Part shown: piece by piece, positions 56,021-64,000 of the stretch
Layout of the letters: every line of letters begins with the position of its first letter
Numbering within the stretch: position 1 is the stretch's first letter
Assembly: GCA_963921275.4 (NCBI GenBank)
Contig: OZ001293.3
Span: forward strand, 5,472,001-5,536,000
Direction of reading: 5' to 3'
Origin: an uncultured Hormoscilla sp.
GTDB lineage: Bacteria > Cyanobacteriota > Cyanobacteriia > Cyanobacteriales > Desertifilaceae
DNA length: 64,000 bases
Notes under the pieces: generated by a model
Database searches by the model: none
What the model saw: the letters and a program-made list of their open reading frames with translations, nothing else
What the model was told of the DNA's origin: nothing
Made by a program: the position numbers and the translations under genes

Positions 56021-56821
56021 TGTTACCAATGTTGCCAGTAACCAACACTTGAGTTATAATAGACAAAGGTGCGACTCGTTCCGGCGTAAGTCGGAAATAA
56101 GCAATTCTCTCATTATGAGGAACCAAAAAATGAAGCATAATACCAATGCCAACACCATGGTAGTAGTGGATGCCTCCCTAGAAAACTACCAGCAGCTTAT
56201 AGACGGTATCCGGCCTGGGGCCAAATCTTTCCTCTTAGACCCTCAGTCCGATGGCATCGAACAGATCGGCGAACTTCTCCGACAGCATCAAGAAACAGAG
56301 GTTCTGCACCTACTTTCCCACGGCAGCCCTGGCTGTCTGTATCTGGGGAACTCCCAACTGAGTTTAGATACTCTAGGAGATTACGCCTCTACCCTGCAGA
56401 AGTGGAAGGTAAAACAACTCCTACTCTACGGCTGTAACGTCGCCGCCGGAGATGCAGGAGAGGAGTTGATGACTAAGCTACAGGCCCTAACCGGGGCATC
56501 CCTCGCCGCCTCTACTACCCGGACAGGGACAGCAGCCCGGGGCGGAAATTGGAAGTTAGAGTGGCGAACTCCGGGGATGAAAACTCCCTTAGCATTGTCC
56601 GCAGAAGCTCAGATGGCCTATGGGGGCATATTGATCTCCCAGCAGGAGTATCAGGCCTTAAGGGCTCTATACCAAGGCACCAATGGGGCTTCTTGGAGGA
56701 ACAATACAGGCTGGGTTAGCTGGAATTTCAGCAGCTCAACTCCCCCCGATGCTTCTGTTGTTAATGGTTGGCGTGGAGTGACGGTAACTAACGACAGGGT
56801 GACGGGACTCCAGCTGTTCTC

Positions 56822-57782
56822 CAACCAACTGACTGGCAGCATCCCGACGGAGTTAGGGAATCTTTCCAATTTGGAGGATCTCCGGCTGAACTTCAACCAA
56901 CTGACTGGCAGCATCCCGACAGAGTTAGGGAATCTTTCCAATTTGATTCGTCTCCAGCTGAACGAAAACCAACTGACTGGCAGCATCCCGACGGAGTTAG
57001 GGAATCTTTCCAATTTGAATCGTCTCTTGCTGTACTCCAACCAACTGACTGGCAGCATCCCGACAGAGTTAGGGAATCTTTCCAATTTGAATCGTCTCCG
57101 GCTGGACTCCAATCAACTGACTGGCAGCATCCCGACAGAGTTAGGGAATCTTTCCAATTTGGTATCTCTCGAGCTGGACTCCAACCAACTGACTGGCAGC
57201 ATCCCGACAGAGTTAGGGAATCTTTCCAATTTGGTATCTCTCGAGCTGGACTTCAACCAACTGACTGGCAGCATCCCGACGGAGTTAGGGAATCTTTCCA
57301 ATTTGGTATCTCTCGAGCTGGACTTCAACCAACTGACTGGCAGCATCCCGACGGAGTTAGGGAATCTTTCCATTTTGACATCTCTCTGGCTGAGCTCCAA
57401 CCAACTGACTGGCAGCATCCCGACGGAGTTAGGGAATCTTTCCAATTTGAGATTTCTCTGGCTGCACTCCAACCAACTGACTGGCAGCATCCCGACGGAG
57501 TTAGGGAATCTTTCCAATTTGAGATTTCTCTGGCTGCACTCCAACCAACTGACTGGCAGCATCCCGACGGAGTTAGGGAATCTTTCCAATTTGACATCTC
57601 TCTTGCTGTACTCCAACCAACTGACTGGCAGCATCCCGACAGAGTTAGGGAATCTTTCCAATTTGATTCGTCTCCGGCTGCACTCCAACCAACTGACTGG
57701 CAGCATCCCGACGGAGTTAGGGAATCTTTCCAATTTGACATCTCTCTTGCTGTACTCCAACCAACTGACTGGCAGCATCCCC
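56822..57782 (+). repeat. 72-bp LRR tandem array (13 full 24-aa units)
   Basis: Near-invariant AACCAACTGACTGGCAGCATCCCGACRGAGTTAGGGAATCTTTCCA framework. Confidence 0.95.
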
Positions 57783-58084
57783 CAAGAGGTCTTAGATTTG
57801 AGGGCTAGCAAGCAATTGGAAAACCCCCCTTATGTAAAAACCCAGATTCCCGACGTCTCGTTCTTGCTAGGTAATAACCTCAACATAGACATTAGCGACA
57901 ACTTCGGCGACATCAATAACAACATCAACAACTACACAGCTACCGGTTTACCAGGGGGCGTAACGATCAACAGTCGGGGAGTTATCAGCGGTACCCCTAC
58001 TACCGCAGACACCTTTACCGTGACGGTAACCGCCATCGACCAAGCGGGATCTGAAGTGACAGATATCTTTGACATTATTATAGA

Positions 58085-61000
58085 GAACTCCCCTCCTACC
58101 GACCTAGTCCTTAGCAACAGCAGCATTGATTCTAACTCCCCTGATAATGCAGTCGTAGGGACTTTCTCAACTACCGATCCTGACATTGGAATTGGAGATA
58201 CCTTTACCTACCAGTTAGTCACAGGCGACGGTGCCGATGATAACGACGCCTTCACCATAGAAGGGAACTCACGGGAACAGTTACTCAGAGGCCTTGACTA
58301 TTAGCGTCAACGATGTTCCCGAACCTTCGACCTCCATAGTCCTTAGCAACAGCAGCATTGATTCTAACTCCGCATCGGGTGCAGTCGTAGGGACTTTCTC
58401 AACTACCGATCCTGACATTGGAGATACCTTTACCTACCAGTTAGTCACAGGCGAGGGTGCCGATGATAACGCCGCCTTCACCATAGAAGGGAACTCACTG
58501 CAAATTAACAGTTCCCCTGACTTTGAGACCCAGTCCAGTTACAGCATCCGCGTCCAGACTACTGACTCGACCGGGAACAGTTACTCAGAGGCCTTGACTA
58601 TTAGCGTCAACGATGTTCCCTCACCTCCGACCTCCATAGTCCTTAGCAGCAGCAGCATTGATGAAAACTCCTCTGATAATGCAGTCGTAGGGACTTTCTC
58701 AACTACCGATCCTGACGCTGACGATACCTTTACCTATCAGTTAGTCACAGGCGAGGGTGCCGATGATAACGCCGCCTTCACCATAGAAGAGAACTCACTG
58801 CAAATTAACAGTTCCCCTGACTTTGGGACCCAGTCCAGTTACAGCATCCGCGTCCAGACTACTGATGCTGGTGGCTTAGTTACTCAGAAGCCTTGACTAT
58901 TAGCGTCAACGATGTTCCCTCACCTCCGACCTCCATAGTCCTTAGCAGCAGCAGCATTGATGAAAACTCCACATCGGGTGCAGTCGTAGGGACTTTCTCA
59001 ACTACCGATCCTGACTCTTCCGATCCCTTTACTTACCAGTTAGTCTCAGGCGAGGCTGCCGATAATAACGGAGACTTCACCATAGTAGGGAACTCACTGC
59101 AAATTAACAGTTCCCCTGACTTTGAGACCCAGTCCAGTTACAGCATCCGCGTCCAGACTACTGACTCGACCGGGAACAGTTACTCAGAGGCCTTGACTAT
59201 TAGCGTCAACGATATTCCCGAACCTCCGACCTCCATAGTCCTTAGCAGCAGCAGCATTGATAAAAACTCCCCTGATAATGCAGTCGTAGGGACTTTCTCA
59301 ACTACCGATCCTGACGCTGACGATACCTTTACCTACCAGTTAGTCACAGGCGAGGGTGCCGATGATAACGCCGCCTTCACCATAGAAGGGAACTCACTGC
59401 AAATTAACAGTTCCCCTGACTTTGAGACCCAGTCCAGTTACAGCATCCGCGTCCAGACTACTGATGCTGGTGGGCTTAGTTACTCAGAAGCCTTGACTAT
59501 TAGCGTCAACAATGTCAACGAACCTCCGACCTCCATAGTCCTTAGCAGCAGCAGCATTGATTCTAACTCCCCTGATAATGCAGTCGTAGGGACTTTCTCA
59601 ACTACCGATCCTGACTCTTCCGATCCCTTTACCTACCAGTTAGTCACAGGCGACGGTGCCGATGATAACGCCGCCTTCACCATAGAAGGGAACTCACTGC
59701 AAATTAACAGTTCCCCTGACTTTGAGACCCAGTCCAGTTACAGCATCCGCGTCCAGACTACTGACTCGACCGGGAACAGTTACTCAGAGGCCTTGACTAT
59801 TAGCGTCAACGATATTCCCGAACCTTCGACCTCCATAGTCCTTAGCAGCAGCAGCATTGATAAAAACTCCCCTGATAATGCAGTCGTAGGGACTTTCTCA
59901 ACTATCGATCCTGACTCTTCCGATACCTTTACCTACCAGTTAGTCATAGGCGACGGTGCCGATGATAACGCCGCCTTCACCATAGAAGGGAACTCACTGC
60001 AAATTAACAGTTCCCCTGACTTTGAGACCCAGTCCAGTTACAGCATCCGCGTCCAGACTACTGACTCTGCTAGTAATAGTTTTGAGGAGGTCTTGACTAT
60101 TAATGTTATTGATGAAGCAGAGAATTCTTCTCCTACCTCCATAGTCCTTAGCAACAATAGCATCAACGAAAACTCTCCATTGGGTGCAGTCGTAGGGACT
60201 TTGTCTACTAGCGATCCCGACGAGGGAGATAGCTTTACCTACATGCTTGTCTCCGGCAACAATGCCTTTACTATAGTAGGGGACCAACTGCTAACTAACA
60301 GTTCTTTGGACTTTGAGACTCAGTCCAGTTACAGCCTCCGCGTCCAGACTACTGACTCTGCTAGTAATAGTTTTGAGGAGGTCTTGACTATTAATGTTAT
60401 TGATGAAGCAGAGAATTATTCTCCTACTGATATAATTCTTAGCAGCAGCATCAATATCAACGAAAACTCCCCAGCCAATACTGTCGTGGGGACTTTCGGA
60501 ACTACTGACCCCGATAATGGAGATACCTTTACCTACCAGTTAATCTCCGGCTTTGGTGCCGATGATAACGCTGCCTTCACCATAGTAGGGAACCAACTGC
60601 GAATTAACAGTTCCCCTGACTTTGAGACTCAGTCGAGTTACAGCCTCCGCGTCCAGACTACTGACTCGACTGGGAACAGTTACTCGGAGGTCTTGATTAT
60701 TAACGTCAACGATGTCGGCGAGTCTCCTACCGACCTAGTCCTTAGTAGCAGCAGCATCAATGAAGATTCCCTATTGGGTGCAGTTGTAGGGACTTTCGGA
60801 ACTACTGACCCCGATAATGGAGATACCTTTACTTACCAGTTAATCTCGGGCTTTGGTGATGATGATAACGCTGCTTTCATCATAGTGGGGGACCAACTGC
60901 GAATTAACAGTTCTCCGGATTTTGAGACTCAGGAGATTTACAGGATATTCGTTCGGACTACCGACTCGACTGGGAACAGTTACTCGGAGGCTTTGATTAT

Positions 61001-61340
61001 TAATGTGAACAATGTTGCTGAGTCTCCTACTGATATAGTTCTTAGTAATGGCAGCATTAATTCTAATTCCCGTGTGGGTGCGATCGTGGGGACTTTCGGA
61101 ACTAGCGATCCGGACGGGGGAAATACTTTTACCTACGGGTTAATCTCGGGTTTTGGTGACGATGATAACGCTGCTTTCACTATAGTAGGGGACCAACTGC
61201 TAATTAATAGTTCTCCGGCTTTGGAGATGAGGTCGAGTTACAGTATCCGCGTTCAGACTATTGACGTTACTGGGGCCAGTTACTCGGAGGCTTTGATTAT
61301 TAATGTGAACAATGTTGCCGAGTCTCCTACTGACCTTAAC
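58085..61340 (+). repeat. ~300-bp cadherin-coding tandem repeats
   Basis: Repeated GTCCTTAGCA..GGGACTTT..GACTTTGAGAC.. Confidence 0.92.
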
Positions 61341-61628
61341 TTCAGCAATACTCGTCAACCCCTAACTTTCAACCCCCAACCCCTAACTTTATCACTCTTT
61401 GAGAAGGAGGAGGAGGACACTCTGATCGGCCGGGAGGGAAGAGATCGCGTCTACGGAAACCATGGAAGCGATCGTCTCTACGAAGGATCAGAGGCCAATA
61501 TTTTTGTTCTGAAGTCGGACATGATGGGTACTATCATGGACTTTGAAGATTATACGCACGGGGCTGGACGCGATCGGGCTGGACGCGATTTTTCCGGAAC
61601 GGTAGATTTGGCGATCGTCTCTCAGGGC

Positions 61629-61964
61629 CTAGATGTTAAACTCGGAGTAAGTTTTTTTGCTCACCCCTGTTCTGTAGTAGTTAGCCCATTCCCGGATTAC
61701 TGGGTTTAACCTGCTTATTAGTGCCGCCTGTGGGGCTGCTTTGTGGTTGGTTACTATCCTTGCTAACTCTTTGTTGTGCCTATCTATGGATTTCTTACTG
61801 GGTTTGATGAGAGTTTTGTATCCTAGAAGTTTTCCATGTGCATTTTTGCCCGTATGGTATTTACCTACCTCATATTGCCTGACGTTGAATCCGAGAAAAT
61901 CAAATCCCGGGTTATCGCCGTTCAGCGTATGGGTTATTTTCGTTTTTTCGGGCTTGATATCCAT
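61629..61964 (-). pseudogene. Internal fragment of a group II intron RT gene
   Basis: KPEKTKITH..GFDFLGFNVRQY..KTLIKPS..LNPVIREWANYY. Confidence 0.88.
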
Positions 61965-62629
61965 AGCACATAGCCCACACCCCGCACGGTTTGGATTAGG
62001 CGCTTTTCTTGGTTGGCTTCTAGTTTCAGGCGCAGATAGCGGATGTATACTTCAATTATATTAGAATCTCCCATGAAGTCGTAACCCCAGACCTTGTCCA
62101 AGATTTGAGCGCGGGTGAGAACCTGCCAGGGATGGGCCATCAGATATTCTAGCAGATCGAATTCTTTCGCTGTCAGTTCGATTAATCTTTTGCCCCGATA
62201 CACTTCCCGCGATCGCCTATCTAATTTCAAATCTTCATATTCCCACATTTGCGGGTCTGCTTCTTGGGTGCGGCGGAGGTGGGCGCGGACTCTGGCTAGC
62301 AACTCTTCAATGCTGAAGGGTTTGACTACGTAGTCATCGGCACCGGTGTCTAATCCCGTCACCCGATCGAGCACTTCATCTTTAGCAGTTAAGATAATCA
62401 CGGGCACTTGATTGCCAGTACTGCGCAGGCGGCGGCAGATCTCCACACCGCTGATCCCCGGCAGCATCCAGTCGAGAATGACTAAATCAAGTTTAGCTTC
62501 CCGCACTGCTGTCAGTCCGCTTAAGCCGTCCTGGGCTACAGTGACTTGATAGCCTTCGTAGCCCAGTTCTAAGTCGATAAATTTTGCCAGTTTTGCTTCA
62601 TCTTCTACCACTAGGATATGTGATGTCAT
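61934..62629 (-). CDS. OmpR family response regulator, last residues supplied by the RT fragment
   Basis: ILVVEDE, DWMLP, GADDYVVKPF, LTAKEFDLL, TVRGVGY. Confidence 0.93.
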   Translation of the reverse strand: MTSHILVVEDEAKLAKFIDLELGYEGYQVTVAQDGLSGLTAVREAKLDLVILDWMLPGISGVEICRRLRSTGNQVPVIILTAKDEVLDRVTGLDTGADDYVVKPFSIEELLARVRAHLRRTQEADPQMWEYEDLKLDRRSREVYRGKRLIELTAKEFDLLEYLMAHPWQVLTRAQILDKVWGYDFMGDSNIIEVYIRYLRLKLEANQEKRLIQTVRGVGYVLWISSPKKRK

Positions 62630-63578
62630 GGCATGAGGGAATGTATGAAGACTATCGATCGATCGCTTGCTGGAGATCCCCTCCAAACCCCCCTTAGTAG
62701 ATGCTGTGGGCGAATTACCAATTCATGGCGTTCATCAGGGGGGAGGGAGGGGAAAGTTAAGCGCCATCAGCATTTGAGGCTGATTTTGGGTCATACCTTT
62801 CAGTTAATTATCCCACAGTATCTTAGTAAGGGGGGCTTTGAGAGTTCTCACTCTCGTTTCCTGGCTCGGCCAGGAAACGACGCTCTAGAGGATCTGTCTC
62901 CTGAGCGCGATATATTCTGGAGACAGAATATATTTGGTCCGATCCTGTTCTACTGATTATACCCTATTGCACAATCTTTTCATAGGAATATCGCCATGTC
63001 AAGCAGAGGTCCGGTGAATTTCAGACATAATAAGGGTTGAGCGCGATTTACCAGAGATCGCACTAATTTTAGAACTGCTATATTTTTTTCTATATTTTTC
63101 GCGGTAACGACTACCACGATCGCATCAGTCCCTTTAATCTGAGCCAACCCTGTTTCTGATCGCTTATATGTATTCTGCGCTACAGAAAATATCCTGATTC
63201 GGTGCTAAATTAACCTATAGTCTAGGGAACAAGTGCCTGACCGAATATTCTCATGGGTAAGCCCCTCATCGGACAAAGTGCGATCGCCCCCTATTCCGAG
63301 ACAGGCAATATTCTTGGACTGCGGGGGGCGAGGGTCAAACAACCTACAGTATTATGACTAATCATCTATGTCTCCTGTGTGCCGTATCCCTTGCGGGAGC
63401 GTAGTGTGCAGCCATGTACCCTGGGACAAGAGCTCTGGCAGAGACATCGAACGGACTTTATATTACATCTGGAAAGCAAAGATATCGCCTTCTGGTGATG
63501 CCTACTTGACTATCTCTGATTTTTCCGGAACGGTAGCAGGGCTTCTTAAGGACTAAAGTCCTTACTACGAACCTATCT

Positions 63579-63806
63579 TTAAGCCTCAACCACTCGTAAC
63601 CATCCTCGTTTCACTGCATGAAATAGACGGTTAACTAGCTTAGCTTCGCTCAGTGCTTGATTTACTCTTATCAATTCCCACTGTCGCAATTCATGCTTGC
63701 TAATTCTCCCGGAATCGTAAATATCAGAAAATTGCTCCGCCAGACTAGACTTGCAGAAAAAATATTTACTGTCCATCCCTTGCCAATAATCCTTTGCTAA
63801 CGCCAA
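63579..63806 (-). CDS. Small hypothetical cyanobacterial protein
   Basis: VNRLFHAVKRGWLRV C-terminus. Confidence 0.45.
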   Translation of the reverse strand: MALAKDYWQGMDSKYFFCKSSLAEQFSDIYDSGRISKHELRQWELIRVNQALSEAKLVNRLFHAVKRGWLRVVEA

Positions 63807-64000
63807 AAAATAGAAGCGCTGTTTCTATCTTAATACGATCGATCCGATTCTAGTACAGAAAATATACTGATTTTTGCTCCCGTATATTCCGGTAACATTT
63901 GCCTCCTGCTCTGCTCAAACTGGTTTCCTAAAGCATCGTCTCGAAGGGCTAATTCCCACAACCGCACGGTCTCCCGGTGCGATGTCGAGACACCACGCAC

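Larger units (their letters stand above)
56130..61709 (+). pseudogene. Giant surface protein: DUF4347 + LRR array + Ig-like + ~11 cadherin repeats, two frameshifts (58271, 58872), fused 3' end
   Basis: LHLLSHGSPG..LYGCNV..GGNW (DUF4347), NQLTGSIPTELGNL repeats, PDFETQSSYSIRVQTTD cadherin units; ORFs 55998-58304, 58294-58896, 58893-61709. Confidence 0.88.

Noticed and set aside
55998..56129. N-terminal extension of the DUF4347 ORF
   Set aside because: Overlaps intron DVI and the intron stub; ATG at 56112 or 56130 is more plausible
56651..57811. Minus-strand repetitive ORFs
   Set aside because: Shadows of the LRR array
55265..61964. Diversity-generating retroelement acting on the LRR gene
   Set aside because: Flanking RT pieces are ordinary group II intron fragments lacking the catalytic core; no TR/VR pair with adenine-specific differences

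Overview
A 64-kb chromosomal segment from a filamentous cyanobacterium, judged from abundant HIP1 GCGATCGC sites and cyanobacterial genes (plmA, ycf34, Tab2, DUF928, Uma2). A housekeeping backbone (ffh-rpsP-khpA-phoH, rps1b, tldD/pmbA, RND pump, tsaB, CCA enzyme, tRNA-Gly) is interleaved with many pseudogenes and deletion-fusions, suggesting early genome decay. It carries an unusually dense set of mobile DNA. (1) Group II introns: one intact RT-encoding intron, one with a dead ORF, four related ORF-less introns (835-873 nt) with different EBS1 loops, and several fragments. (2) IS5, IS1 and three MITEs with target duplications. (3) A nested family of very small (24-108 nt) GC-rich palindromic elements, several inserted in frame into conserved proteins (CCA-adding enzyme, Tab2, a kinase, an adenylate cyclase). 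Host-interaction candidates are a secreted protein of three StcE C-terminal (X409-like) modules split by an antisense intron, and a DUF4347-LRR-cadherin giant with combinatorially varied LRR faces. Product calls are from motif recognition only; no database searches were run, and single-base frameshifts could be sequencing errors.
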